DNA of 61,998 nucleotides from Acidobacteriota bacterium (GCA_012521815.1 JAAYLR010000235.1:1-61998); one strand, 5' to 3'; shown: positions 10,057 to 19,993, numbered from the stretch's first letter. Notes: a model not told the origin generated them from the letters alone. Numbers and translations are program-made.

Positions 10057-11351
10057 ACTGGCTCGACGACTACAAGCGCAAGCTCAAGAGCCCCGCCGAG
10101 GCGGTGGCGCTGATCAAGAGCGGAGATCACGTCTACTACGGCGGCAACGCCGCGATTCCCTGGGCCCTGATCCGGGCCCTCGCCGAGCGGCACGACGAGC
10201 TCGAGAACGTGACGCTCTCGCACGTGCTGCTGCTCGGGCAGGATCCGCTCTCGGCGCCGGGGATGGAGAAGAGCTTCCGCCACAACTCGCTCTTCGTCGG
10301 CCCCGCCGACCGCAAGGCGGTCAACGACGGGCGGGCCGACTACACGCCGATCTTCCTCCACCTGATCCCGCGCATCTTCGAGCAGCGGATCGTGCCGCTC
10401 GACGTGACGATGGTGCAGGTCTCCCGCCCCGACGAGCACGGCTTCATGAGCCTCGGCATCGAGACGCTGGCCTCGAAGGGGGCCTGCCAGGCGGCTGAGA
10501 CGGTGATCGTGCAGGTCAACGAGAAGATGCCCCGGGTGCTCGGCGACAGCTTCATCCACGTCAGCCGCGTGGCGGCGATCGTGGAGGCCACCGAGCCGCT
10601 TCCCACCCTCGTGCCGCCGCCGGCCACCGACGTCGAGCGGGCGATCGCCAGGCACGTCTCCTCGCTCATCGAGCCGGGCTGCACCCTGCAGATGGGGATC
10701 GGCGGCATCCCGGACTCGGTCTACGAGGCGATGGACGGCCCCCTCGAGCTCGGCGTCCACACCGAGATGATCTCCGACGGCTGCATGCGGGCGATCGAGC
10801 GCGGCGTGGTCACCGGCACGCGCAAGACGCTCCACCAGGGGAAGGTGGTGATCACCTTCGCCCTCGGCAGCGAGCGGCTCTACTCGTTCCTCGACAACAA
10901 CCCGCTCATCGAGTCGCACCCGGTCAACTACGTCAACGACCCGGTGATCGCGAGCCAGAACGAGCGGCTCGTGGCGATCAACTCGGCGGTCGAGGTCGAC
11001 CTCACCGGGCAGGTCTGCTCCGACTCGATCGGCACCCAGATCTACTCCGGCTTCGGCGGTCAGGTCGACTTCATCCGCGCCGCCGCCCGCTCGAAGGGGG
11101 GCAAGCCGGTGATCGCGCTGCCCGCCACCGCCAAGGGCGGCGCGCTGTCGCGCATCGCGCCGGTCCTCAAGGAGGGCGCCGGGGTGGTCACGAGCCGCGC
11201 CGACGTCCACTACGTGGTCACGGAGTACGGCGTCGCCAACCTCTTCGGCCGGAACCTCCGCCAGCGCGCCGAGGCCCTCATCGGCATCGCGGCGCCGCAG
11301 TTCCGCGACGAGCTCGAACGCGCCGCCAAGGAGCGCAAGCTCCTCCCGTAG
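10053..11351 (+). CDS. Acetyl-CoA hydrolase/transferase family protein (4-hydroxybutyrate CoA-transferase-like)
   Basis: 432 aa. The sequence reads SGDHVYYGGNAAIP...HTEMISDG...EVDLTGQVCSDSIG...GFGGQVDF. The start overlaps the ald stop (ATGA). Confidence 0.85.
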   Translation: MNWLDDYKRKLKSPAEAVALIKSGDHVYYGGNAAIPWALIRALAERHDELENVTLSHVLLLGQDPLSAPGMEKSFRHNSLFVGPADRKAVNDGRADYTPIFLHLIPRIFEQRIVPLDVTMVQVSRPDEHGFMSLGIETLASKGACQAAETVIVQVNEKMPRVLGDSFIHVSRVAAIVEATEPLPTLVPPPATDVERAIARHVSSLIEPGCTLQMGIGGIPDSVYEAMDGPLELGVHTEMISDGCMRAIERGVVTGTRKTLHQGKVVITFALGSERLYSFLDNNPLIESHPVNYVNDPVIASQNERLVAINSAVEVDLTGQVCSDSIGTQIYSGFGGQVDFIRAAARSKGGKPVIALPATAKGGALSRIAPVLKEGAGVVTSRADVHYVVTEYGVANLFGRNLRQRAEALIGIAAPQFRDELERAAKERKLLP

Positions 11352-11380
11352 CCGCCGGCGCCACGGCCCGTCTCTTTCCG

Positions 11381-11410
11381 CGCCCCGGTCTCCGCGAGGA
11401 GGCCGGGGCG
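11381..11410 (+). terminator. GC-rich hairpin downstream of the CoA-transferase gene
   Basis: CGCCCCGG-t-CTCC-gcga-GGAG-g-CCGGGGCG lies 30 nt after the stop codon. The T-tract is weak. Confidence 0.45.
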
Positions 11411-11485
11411 TGTCGTCGATAGGCCGGGGCGGCCGGCGTCAGCCATGCCCGCTGTCCACCGCTCCGGATGCTCCCGCCCGCACCC

Positions 11486-11513
11486 TTGACTGCCACCCGC
11501 CCCCGTGCATACT
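11486..11513 (+). promoter_or_regulatory. Candidate sigma70-like promoter (TTGACT-16 nt-CATACT)
   Basis: TTGACT at 11486-11491 and CATACT at 11508-11513, with a TG two nt upstream of the -10. It is positioned upstream of the membrane-protein gene. Confidence 0.35.
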
Positions 11514-11643
11514 GGCGCAGCGTGAAACGGGCAGCTCCCACCCCTCGTGACGAGGCGGCGCGTGAGCGCAGCCGTTGGTCGGAGTCAAGGACGACCGTGC
11601 GCCGTCACGCCGTGCGCGGAGAGCTGGCGGTAGGGACCCGGTG

Positions 11644-13779
11644 ATGGCAGGTTTCGGACTCCTCCTGGGTTCGTTCGCCGCCGTTGGCCTCGCCCTGGCG
11701 TTCGCCTGGACCTCGTATCTCCTCGCCGACCGGCTCTTTCCCGAAGCGCCGACCTCGACCCGATGGTCGGCGGCTCTGGTCATCGGGGTCGCCGCGCTCC
11801 TCGTCGGTTTCTGGCTCGCGGCCTCCGTCGGCTGCTTCCGGCTCGGCTGCGTGCTGCCTGCGTGGGGCCTCCTGGCAGCCGCGGTGCACACGGCCTTGGG
11901 GCGGAGGCCGCAGCCCTGGCAGCGGCTCCGGGCCGACGGCAGGCGGCTCGTCGAGCTGATCTGCGAACCCGGATACGCACGCTGGCTCGGTCTGGGGGTT
12001 GCCATCGTGGGCGTAGCGAGGCTGCTGCGCGCGCTGGCAGCGCCTCCGCTTGCCTGGGATGCTCTGACCTATCACCTGGTCCGCGCGGGGATCTGGATAC
12101 AGGCGGGCGGCTTCGTCGCCACCCCGGCGCCGGACGCCTGGGGCTACTACGACTGGTTTCCGCCGGGCGCGGACGTGCTCTGGGCGTGGGCCATGCTGCC
12201 GGTTCGCGGCGATGGCCTCGTTCCGATCCTCGGGTTCATCCTCTGGCTGGGGCTCGGCCTCGGCACGTACACGGCATCCCGGAACCTGGGAGGCTCCCCG
12301 CAGCGGGCGCTGCTGGTGGCCCTCGTCGTCCTTTCGACGCCGGGGATGCTCGCGCAAGTCACGGCAGCCTATGCCGATCTCGCGACGACCACGCTCTTCG
12401 CGTTGGGGGCCGGGTTCGTCATCCGGTTGTTCCGCGGTGCGGCTGCCGGTGACTACCTCGGCTGTGCGCTCGCCTTCAGCGCAGCCGTCGCCACGAAGTT
12501 CTCCGCTCTCATCTATCTCGGGCTCGTGCTGCTCGTCGTCTCCGTCGCGCTGCTCAAAGACCGTACCCGGCGCGCTCGCGCGCTCTGGCTAGCCAGCCTG
12601 CTCGCCCTCGTGGTCGCGGTTGGGGTCTGGCCCTACCTGCGAACCTGGGCCAGAACCGGCTCTCCATTCTTTCCGTTGACCGTGACCGTACCGTTCCTCG
12701 GTACCTTCCCGGGCAGCCACGAGCTCACCCTGTTGCTGGAGGGTGCCCTGCTGCCGGAGCAGACCCGCGATCCGTCCGTTGGCGAGCTGCTCCGGGGACT
12801 CTTTGCCGGCCGTCTGGAAGCGGACTGGAGTCACCTCAATCTCGGCCTCGGAGGCGTCTTCGTTCTCCTGGCGGCGGGATTCGGGCTGATCGACCTCCGG
12901 CGCCGCCCGGCGCTGCGATGGCCCGCGGTCTTCCTGCTGGTCTGTGCGGTGCTGACCATCGCGCCCCTTGCCAGCCCGGCGTTCCGTGCCGAACGCATCA
13001 TCTGGTGGGCGAGCGTCGGCCGATTCCTCGGTCCGGCCCTGGTCGCACTCGCGCTGCTCACGACACCGGCAGAGCGCGACCATGTCGATCTCGGGCTCGC
13101 CGGTGCAGTCGTTCTCTCCCTGTTCGCGCTCTTCCCGCTCGGCTTCGGGCCGACAGGGCGCGTCGGGGCGGCCATCCTCCTGCTGGTCATCCTGGCCGTT
13201 GGCCTTCTCTCGGCATTCCTCGTGCGCCTTCTGCACGGACGGCAGATGCGTCTGGCCGCGCTCCTGGTCGTCGTGCTCGCGCTTTCCGGGTTGGCGCGTG
13301 TGGGCCACGATCTGCGGACGGCCCTCCGCTATCCCTTCTACGCCGCCGCGGCCTCCGGGCGGGAGTTCGATCTCCATCCGCTCGATTCCATCTATGCGGC
13401 GAGCTGGCCCGCGTGGCGCTTCCTCGATCGCGAAGCGGGGCTGCGAATCGCGGTGACCGCCGGCTGGGACGGGATCGGGCACAACTGGTACCGCTACCCG
13501 CTGCTGGGGTCGCGACTCCAGAACGAGCTCTTCTACATTCCCGTCACCGCCGACGGCACGGTCATCGACTACCGGCCGCCCGTGCTCGCCTTCCACGAGC
13601 TCGACGGCCGAGCCTGGACGCGGCGCCTTCGAGAGGAAGGCATCGAATACGTGGTGGTACTCCCGCCGACCGCGGTGCCGGAGCTGTACTGGATGGAGCA
13701 GCGGCCGGCGCTCTTCGAGCCCGTGGCCCGGGAGCTCTCGGGCGCCTCTCTGGTCTATCGCGTGGTTCCGCCAGGGTGA
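11644..13779 (+). CDS. Large polytopic membrane protein, possible GT-C-type (ArnT/PMT-like) glycosyltransferase
   Basis: About 15 hydrophobic segments plus a soluble C-terminal domain. An N-terminal WDALTYHL motif sits in the first loop. The start is uncertain: ATG 11644 after GGTAGGGA, or TTG 11575 as used in the track. Confidence 0.55.
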   Translation: MAGFGLLLGSFAAVGLALAFAWTSYLLADRLFPEAPTSTRWSAALVIGVAALLVGFWLAASVGCFRLGCVLPAWGLLAAAVHTALGRRPQPWQRLRADGRRLVELICEPGYARWLGLGVAIVGVARLLRALAAPPLAWDALTYHLVRAGIWIQAGGFVATPAPDAWGYYDWFPPGADVLWAWAMLPVRGDGLVPILGFILWLGLGLGTYTASRNLGGSPQRALLVALVVLSTPGMLAQVTAAYADLATTTLFALGAGFVIRLFRGAAAGDYLGCALAFSAAVATKFSALIYLGLVLLVVSVALLKDRTRRARALWLASLLALVVAVGVWPYLRTWARTGSPFFPLTVTVPFLGTFPGSHELTLLLEGALLPEQTRDPSVGELLRGLFAGRLEADWSHLNLGLGGVFVLLAAGFGLIDLRRRPALRWPAVFLLVCAVLTIAPLASPAFRAERIIWWASVGRFLGPALVALALLTTPAERDHVDLGLAGAVVLSLFALFPLGFGPTGRVGAAILLLVILAVGLLSAFLVRLLHGRQMRLAALLVVVLALSGLARVGHDLRTALRYPFYAAAASGREFDLHPLDSIYAASWPAWRFLDREAGLRIAVTAGWDGIGHNWYRYPLLGSRLQNELFYIPVTADGTVIDYRPPVLAFHELDGRAWTRRLREEGIEYVVVLPPTAVPELYWMEQRPALFEPVARELSGASLVYRVVPPG

Positions 13780-13851
13780 AGGGTCGCCCTCGTCCGGCAC
13801 CCGGCGAACGGACGACGTCCGCCTGGTTCGGATCGAAGCGAGCGGTGACCC

Positions 13852-14349
13852 TCAGCCGCCGTCCCGTGCCCGGCGCAGGCGGAGCGTCTCGCGCAGGAGC
13901 GGCAGGGCGGCGCGGTCTTTCTCGCGGTTGTCGGCTTCCTTGCTCTCGATCACCGCCTCGAGATCGAGAACCCGCTCGGTGAGGTCGCCGAGCCGCACCG
14001 CATGGGAGCGAGCGCGCACTTCGGGCCAGCCCTGCGCCCGGCCGATCTCGCGCATCAGATCGAGCCGCCCGAGGCGGGTCTCGAGCTGGTGGTGGCGCAG
14101 GGTCTCCAGCCGGTCGGCGTCCGGGCGGAGTCGGCGTCCGAGCGGATCCCAGTAGACCGCGTCGAGCTCGGCGAGCGCGGCGAGCAGCCGGGAACGATTC
14201 TCGGGATTGGGGGCGAAGACAACGTCGAGATCGAAGGTGGTCATCGGGGCGCCGGCGAGCACCGCCGCCGTCGCTCCGACCACCACGTGCTCGACGCCAT
14301 GACGCGCGAGCAGCCTCAGGAGCTCACCGAATCTCGGGGTAGCGTCCAC
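13852..14349 (-). CDS. Minimal nucleotidyltransferase-fold protein (toxin-antitoxin-like NTase)
   Basis: 165 aa. The sequence reads GVEHVVVGATAAVLAGAPMTTFDLDVVF, a G..A...G....T.D.D NTase core. The GTG start is embedded in the 3' end of the upstream small ORF. Confidence 0.55.
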   Translation of the reverse strand: MDATPRFGELLRLLARHGVEHVVVGATAAVLAGAPMTTFDLDVVFAPNPENRSRLLAALAELDAVYWDPLGRRLRPDADRLETLRHHQLETRLGRLDLMREIGRAQGWPEVRARSHAVRLGDLTERVLDLEAVIESKEADNREKDRAALPLLRETLRLRRARDGG

Positions 14350-14560
14350 CGGAGAGCTCCAGGAGGTCGGCGACCGCGCGCTCGAGGGCCGCGAGCCGCG
14401 CGGCGGGCGTGCGGTGGAGGCTCGCCCAGATCAGCGTGCGGTCGATCCCCTCGGGAGAGATCGCGACGCTCTCGACCCACGCCGGATAATCCGGATCGCC
14501 GGGCGCGGGAGCGGTGGCGGGATCGACACCGGGCAGGGGCGGCAGCGGGCGAGAGGACAC
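14324..14560 (-). CDS. Small hypothetical protein, putative partner of the downstream NTase
   Basis: 78 aa. It overlaps the NTase start by 26 nt. I recognise no family, and the start could be further downstream. Confidence 0.35.
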   Translation of the reverse strand: MSSRPLPPLPGVDPATAPAPGDPDYPAWVESVAISPEGIDRTLIWASLHRTPAARLAALERAVADLLELSGGRYPEIR

Positions 14561-14683
14561 GGCAGTACGATTCTACGGTCTGCCCCGGGCGGATGACCGC
14601 CGGCCGTCCCCGGCACCACCGGCTGACCATGGTCATGGAGAGACCGCCGCGCCCGGGCTAGGCTCTTCGGCAGGAGGAGCGCC

Positions 14684-15898
14684 ATGCGCCGGATTCCGGG
14701 TTCGCTGTTCGTTCTCTGTCTTCTCGTCACGGCGATCGCCGCCCGCGCCGAGGAGGCGCCGTCGTTCACGCTCGGCGAGGCCCTTCGCAACTCGCGGCTG
14801 ATCGCCGACTTCCGGCTCCGGTTCGAGCAGGTTGACGACGACGCCTTCACCCGGCCGGCGGCGGCGACCACGCTGCGCAGCGCGGTGGGTTTCGAGACCG
14901 GCGAATTCCGGGGCTGGCAGGTGCGGCTCGAGCTGGAGGACGTGAGCGTGGTCGGCGCCGACGAGTACGCCAACGGCGGCTTCGGAAGCGCGAACAACGG
15001 CGTCCTCGGCCGGCCGCTGATCGGCGATCCGGACGGCACCGCGATCCATCGCGCCTTCGTGCGCTGGCAGGGCCATGGCATCACCGTGCAGGCGGGGCGT
15101 GACGAGCTCCTCTTTGGCGACCAGCGCTTTGTCGGCAACGTCGGCTGGCGGCAGCACGGCCAGAGCTTCGACGGCCTGAGCGTGCGCGCTCCGCTCGGCG
15201 CGCAGTGGAAGCTCTCCTACGCCTTCCTCGAAAGCGTGCAACGGATCAACCGCGCGACCGACGAGCTCTCCGGGCACCTCCTCGCGCTCGAGGGGGATCT
15301 CGGGGGCGCCGGGAGGCTGCTGCTGCACGCCGAGCGGCTCGACTACGAGAGCCCCGCCCGCCGCGCGCTCTCGAGCCTGACCTGGGGCGCCGAGTGGAGC
15401 GGGGTCGAGACGTTCGCCGCCGGCCAGTTCCTCTGGGAGCTCGAAGCGGCCGCGCAGCGCGATGCCGCCAAGAATCCGCGGCCGATCGAAGCCGGCTACT
15501 TCTTCGCGAGCGCCGGCTGGGGGTGGCGCGGCTGGACGGCCCGGGCCGGCTGGGAACGGCTCGAAGGCAGCGCGCGCAAGGGGCAGTTCAACACCCCGCT
15601 CGCGACCCTCCACAAGTTCAACGGCTGGGCCGACCGGTTCACGGCGACGCCGATCGACGGTCTCGACGACCGCTACCTCCAGCTCGACGGCCAGCGCGGT
15701 GCCTGGAGCTGGACGCTCGCCGCGCACGATTTCGCCGCCGGCACCGGCAGCGCCTCCTACGGCCGTGAGCTCGACCTGCAGCTGCTCTGGAGGCCGAAGA
15801 GCGGGCTCACCTTCGGCGCGAAGTCGGCGCGCTACGACGCGCGGCGGTATGGCGCCGAGACCACGAAGCTCTGGGTCTGGACGGCGTTCTCGCTCTGA
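14684..15898 (+). CDS. Alginate-export (AlgE-like) family outer-membrane beta-barrel protein
   Basis: It has a signal peptide ([22 protein letters not shown]). The sequence reads [10 protein letters not shown]...[30 protein letters not shown] is CAGGAGGAG. Confidence 0.75.
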   Translation: MRRIPGSLFVLCLLVTAIAARAEEAPSFTLGEALRNSRLIADFRLRFEQVDDDAFTRPAAATTLRSAVGFETGEFRGWQVRLELEDVSVVGADEYANGGFGSANNGVLGRPLIGDPDGTAIHRAFVRWQGHGITVQAGRDELLFGDQRFVGNVGWRQHGQSFDGLSVRAPLGAQWKLSYAFLESVQRINRATDELSGHLLALEGDLGGAGRLLLHAERLDYESPARRALSSLTWGAEWSGVETFAAGQFLWELEAAAQRDAAKNPRPIEAGYFFASAGWGWRGWTARAGWERLEGSARKGQFNTPLATLHKFNGWADRFTATPIDGLDDRYLQLDGQRGAWSWTLAAHDFAAGTGSASYGRELDLQLLWRPKSGLTFGAKSARYDARRYGAETTKLWVWTAFSL

Positions 15899-15909
15899 GG
15901 AGATCACCG

Positions 15910-16461
15910 ATGACCGAACGGCAGCCGTTCTCTCCCGGTCTCCATCTCCACCGCGGGGATCTCACCCGCCTCGCGGTCGACGCGATCGTCAACGCCGCCA
16001 ACGAACGGCTGCTCGGCGGAGGCGGCGTCGACGGGGCGATCCACCGCGCCGCCGGCCCCGGCCTCCTCGCCGCCTGCCGGGCGCTTCCGGAGCTCCGCCC
16101 CGGGGTGCGCTGCCCGACCGGAGAGGCCCGGCTCACGCCCGGCTTCGACCTGCCGGCCCGCCATGTGATCCACACCGTCGGCCCCGTCTGGCGGGGCGGC
16201 GGCCACGGCGAGGACGCGCTCCTCGCCGCCTGCTACCGCAACTCGCTCGCCCTCGCCGCGCGGCACCGGCTCGCGACGATCGCCTTCCCCGCGATCAGCT
16301 GCGGCGTCTACGGCTTCCCTCTCGATCGCGCCGCGGCGATCGCCGTACGCGAGGCGCGCGCCCACCTCGCGAGCGCCGGTGCGGTGACCACGATCCTCCT
16401 CGTCGCCTTCGATTCGGCCGTCCACGACGCCCTCGCCACCGCGCTCGCCGCAGTCCGCTGA
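15910..16461 (+). CDS. Macro-domain protein (O-acetyl-ADP-ribose deacetylase, YmdB-like)
   Basis: 183 aa. The sequence reads [34 protein letters not shown]...[14 protein letters not shown]. Confidence 0.85.
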   Translation: MTERQPFSPGLHLHRGDLTRLAVDAIVNAANERLLGGGGVDGAIHRAAGPGLLAACRALPELRPGVRCPTGEARLTPGFDLPARHVIHTVGPVWRGGGHGEDALLAACYRNSLALAARHRLATIAFPAISCGVYGFPLDRAAAIAVREARAHLASAGAVTTILLVAFDSAVHDALATALAAVR

Positions 16462-16596
16462 GTGTCGCGCCGGGAGGCGCGCGTCTCCAGCGTTTGTGCG
16501 ATCTCTTCGCGTGCCCTAGGATCGGAGGCAAGCACGAGAGTGCAGGACTGGCGCGGCGACGGAGGGAGTCGTGTCACGGACTCACGGGAGGATCGC

Positions 16597-17784
16597 ATGC
16601 CACACTCGAACAGACCCCCGATTGCGGAGACGGCGACGTCTCCGCGCCGAATCCAGTACGTCAACCGTATCGAGAACGTCTCCGGCCTGCCCCCGGAGCA
16701 GCGGGAAGCCCTGCGCGAGGTCACGCAGCGCTACGTCTTCCGGGCGAACGACTACTACCTCGGCCTGATCGACTGGAACGATCCGAACGATCCGATCCGG
16801 CAGCTGATCATCCCCCGCCTGGAGGAGCTCCACGACTGGGGGCGGCTCGACGCCAGCGACGAGGCGGCCGTCTCGGTGGCGCCCGGCGTGCAGCACAAGT
16901 ATCCGCATACCGTGCTGCTGCTCTGCAACGAGGTGTGTGGTGCCTACTGCCGCTACTGCTTCCGCAAGCGGCTCTTCATGGACGAGAACGACGAGGTCAC
17001 GCACGACGTCTCGGAGGGGATCCGCTACATCGCCGCCAACCCGGCGGTCACCAACGTGCTCCTGACCGGCGGCGATCCGCTCCTGATGAGCACCCGGCGG
17101 CTGCGCGAGATCCTCGCGGCGTTGCGGGCGATCCCGCACGTCCGCATCATCCGGATCGGCTCGAAGATGCCCGCCTTCAACCCGTGGCGGCTCCTCGACG
17201 ACCCCGACCTCCAGGAGCTCTTCCGCACCCACTCGACGCCGCGCAAGCGGATCTACCTGATGGCCCATTTCGACCATCCGCGCGAGCTGACCGATCCGGC
17301 CGTCGAGGGGATCGACCAGTTCCTGCGCTGCGGCGTCGTCTGCGTCAACCAGTGCCCGCTCATCCGCGGCATCAACGACGATCCCCGGGTGCTGAGCGAC
17401 CTCTTCCGGGAGCTCTCGTTCATCGGCTGCCCGCCCTACTACCTTTTCCAGGGCCGGCCGACCGCCGGCAACGAGCCGTACGCGGTGCCGATCGTCCGCG
17501 GGTGGGAGATCTTCCGGGAGGCGCTGCGGATCGGCTCCGGCCTCGCCCGCCGGGCCCGGTACGTCATGTCGCACGCCACCGGGAAGGTGGCGATCGTCGG
17601 GGTGGACGACCGGCACATCTACCTGCGCTACCACCGCGCGAAGGATCCGGATCTCCGCGGGCGGTTCCTGGTCTACGAGCGCGACGACGCGGCGCTCTGG
17701 CTCGACGAGCTCCATCCTGCCGACGACGCCTCGCCGCGCTTCGAACCAACCTCGCTGCTCGGCGTCGACGAAGGGCCGGAATAG
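16597..17784 (+). CDS. KamA-family radical SAM aminomutase (lysine 2,3-aminomutase-like)
   Basis: ATG at 16597 follows GGGAGGA. The sequence reads FRANDYYLGLIDWNDPNDPIRQLIIP and CNEVCGAYCRYCFRKR (CxxxCxxC). Trimmed from track ORF 16462..17784. Confidence 0.85.
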   Translation: MPHSNRPPIAETATSPRRIQYVNRIENVSGLPPEQREALREVTQRYVFRANDYYLGLIDWNDPNDPIRQLIIPRLEELHDWGRLDASDEAAVSVAPGVQHKYPHTVLLLCNEVCGAYCRYCFRKRLFMDENDEVTHDVSEGIRYIAANPAVTNVLLTGGDPLLMSTRRLREILAALRAIPHVRIIRIGSKMPAFNPWRLLDDPDLQELFRTHSTPRKRIYLMAHFDHPRELTDPAVEGIDQFLRCGVVCVNQCPLIRGINDDPRVLSDLFRELSFIGCPPYYLFQGRPTAGNEPYAVPIVRGWEIFREALRIGSGLARRARYVMSHATGKVAIVGVDDRHIYLRYHRAKDPDLRGRFLVYERDDAALWLDELHPADDASPRFEPTSLLGVDEGPE

Positions 17785-17862
17785 CCCCGCGGACCCGGTT
17801 CGTCCGGCCGGGCGCCGGGGCAACGCTCCGCTAGGATCGTCACCACGAGGAGGCGAACCGGC

Positions 17863-19263
17863 GTGGAGCGGGACGGGCAGCGGACGCGGGCCGGACGGCC
17901 ACCGGATGCGGCGGCGGCCGGCGCGGGCGTGCCGCTGCTCGCCGGGCTCGACCCCGCACTGCGCACCGCGCTCCTCGCGATCGCCGGCGCGGTGCGCGCC
18001 GCCGGCGGGCGGGCGCTCGTGGCCGGAGGGGCGGTGCGCGACGCGCGCTTCGGGCTCGCGGCGAACGATCTCGACGTCGAAGTCTTCGGGCTCGACCTCG
18101 CCGCGCTCGAGCGGGTCGCGGGCGGGGTGGCCGCCACCCAGCGGGCCGGCGCCGCCTTCGAGGTGCTGCTCGTCAAGGGATTGCCGCTCGAGCTCGTCCT
18201 CCCGCACCGGGAGGACGGCGGGGTCGGGGTGCCCCCCGATCCCGCGGGGACGTACGCCGAGGCGATCGCCGCAGCCGCCGCGCGCCGCGACTTCACCTGC
18301 AACGCCCTCTACTTCGATCCGTTGAGCGGCGAGCTCCTCGACCCGCACGGCGGCTGCGCCGACTGCGCCGCCGGGCGGCTCCGGCACACCTCCGCCCGGT
18401 TCACCGAGGATCCGCTGCGGGTGCTGCGCGGCATGCAGCTCATCGCGCGCTTCGAGCTCACGCCGGCACCCGAGACCGTCGCCCTCTGCCGCACCCTCTC
18501 TCCGGCCGGGCTCGCGCCGGAGCGGGTCTTCGAAGAGTGGCGCAAGCTCCTCCTCCACGGGATCGCGATCGGCCGCGGTCTCGACTTCCTCGCCGCCACC
18601 GGCTGGCTCGCCCACTTCCCCGAGCTCCGGGCGTTCGCCGATACCGCGGCGGCAGCGGACGAATCTCCGGCGGGCGACCTCCTCACCCGCACCGGCCGCA
18701 GCCTCGACGCCTTCGCCCGCGAGCGGACGGGCGACGCCCGCGAGGATCTCGTCGTCGGCCTCGCGGTCCTCTGCCACGATCTCGGCGCCCCGGCGCCGGC
18801 GAGCGACGGCGCAGCGGGCGCGACGGCGACCCGGTCGTTTCTCGGGCGGATGACCCGCGAGACGGCGCTCCTCGACGAGGTCGTACCCCTCGTGCGCGAG
18901 CTGCCCCGGCTGCTCGCGGTCGCCCCCGCGCCGGACGACGCCGCGATCCGCCGCCTCGCGCGCGATGCCGGCCGTCTCGACCGCCTCTTGCGCGTCGCCC
19001 GCGCGGTGCTCGCCGGGCGCTCGCCCCGCCCGTTCGCGGGCTTCCCCGAAGGCGACCGCCTCCTCGCCCGCGCCCGCGAGCTCGGGGTGGATCGCGCTCC
19101 TCCGGCGCCCCTCGTCCGCGGCCGCGACCTCCTCGCCCTCGGCCTGTCGCCGGGGCCGGAGATGGGCCGGCTCCTCGCCGCCCTCTACGAGCGGCAGCTC
19201 GACGGCGAGATCACGACCCTCGAAGAGGGCCTCGCCCACGCCCGCCGGGAGCGGCCCGCATGA
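17863..19263 (+). CDS. cca: CCA-adding enzyme / poly(A) polymerase family tRNA nucleotidyltransferase with HD-like C-terminal region
   Basis: 466 aa. The sequence reads VAGGAVRDARFG...NDLDVEV...RRDFTCNALYFD...EDPLRVLRG. The GTG start follows GAGGAGG. Confidence 0.8.
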   Translation: MERDGQRTRAGRPPDAAAAGAGVPLLAGLDPALRTALLAIAGAVRAAGGRALVAGGAVRDARFGLAANDLDVEVFGLDLAALERVAGGVAATQRAGAAFEVLLVKGLPLELVLPHREDGGVGVPPDPAGTYAEAIAAAAARRDFTCNALYFDPLSGELLDPHGGCADCAAGRLRHTSARFTEDPLRVLRGMQLIARFELTPAPETVALCRTLSPAGLAPERVFEEWRKLLLHGIAIGRGLDFLAATGWLAHFPELRAFADTAAAADESPAGDLLTRTGRSLDAFARERTGDAREDLVVGLAVLCHDLGAPAPASDGAAGATATRSFLGRMTRETALLDEVVPLVRELPRLLAVAPAPDDAAIRRLARDAGRLDRLLRVARAVLAGRSPRPFAGFPEGDRLLARARELGVDRAPPAPLVRGRDLLALGLSPGPEMGRLLAALYERQLDGEITTLEEGLAHARRERPA

Positions 19264-19979
19264 GCACCGCCCGGGTACGGCGAAGCTGGCGGGCGGCCGC
19301 CCTCGCGGGCGCCATCCTCCTCTGGGCCGCGGGGCTCGTCGGCGCGGCGCTGCCGCAGGCCCGCTGCCTGCGGGTGCTCGACGGCGACTCGGTCGTGCTC
19401 CGGCTCGACGGGCGGGAGATCGAAGCGCGCCTCGACGGGATCGACGCCCCCGAGCGCGGCCAGCCGTTCGGCGACCGGGCCCGGCGCGAGCTCGCCCGCC
19501 TCGCCGCCGGCCGGCTCGTCGAGGTCGACACCCGCGGCACCGACCGGTACGGCCGCCTTCTCGTCCGGCTGCATGCCGGCGGGATCGAGGTGAACCGGGA
19601 GCTCGTCCGGCGCGGCCTCGCCTGGCATTACGAGCGGTACTCCGACGACCCCGCCCTCGCCGCCGCCGAACAGGCCGCCCGCACCGAACGCCTCGGCCTC
19701 TGGCGCGATCCGGACCCGATCCCCCCCTGGACTTGGCGGGCGCGGACGCGGCCCCTCACGCCGACAACCGAACCACCGGCCCCGGCCGCCGCCGGAGCGC
19801 TCCTCCACGGCAACACCCGCTCCTTCGTCTACCACCTCCCCGGCTGCCCCCACGACGACTGCCGCCACTGCACCCGCACCTTCACCACCCGCGCCGCAGC
19901 CGAAGCCGCCGGCTACCGCCCCGCCGGCTGCTGCGCCGGGCGCCAGGAGCGCCCTCCCGGACGACGGCCGCCAAGGTAG
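19260..19979 (+). CDS. Membrane-anchored or secreted thermonuclease (SNase-like) protein with a Cys-rich Ada-like C-terminal tail
   Basis: ATG at 19260 overlaps the cca stop (ATGA). It has an N-terminal hydrophobic segment and reads VLDGDSVVL...IDAPERGQPFG...YGRLLV...LVRRGLAW. The C-terminus reads YHLPGCPHDDCRHC...AGYRPAGCC. Confidence 0.8.
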   Translation: MSTARVRRSWRAAALAGAILLWAAGLVGAALPQARCLRVLDGDSVVLRLDGREIEARLDGIDAPERGQPFGDRARRELARLAAGRLVEVDTRGTDRYGRLLVRLHAGGIEVNRELVRRGLAWHYERYSDDPALAAAEQAARTERLGLWRDPDPIPPWTWRARTRPLTPTTEPPAPAAAGALLHGNTRSFVYHLPGCPHDDCRHCTRTFTTRAAAEAAGYRPAGCCAGRQERPPGRRPPR

Positions 19980-19993
19980 GGCGGAGAGCCGCC

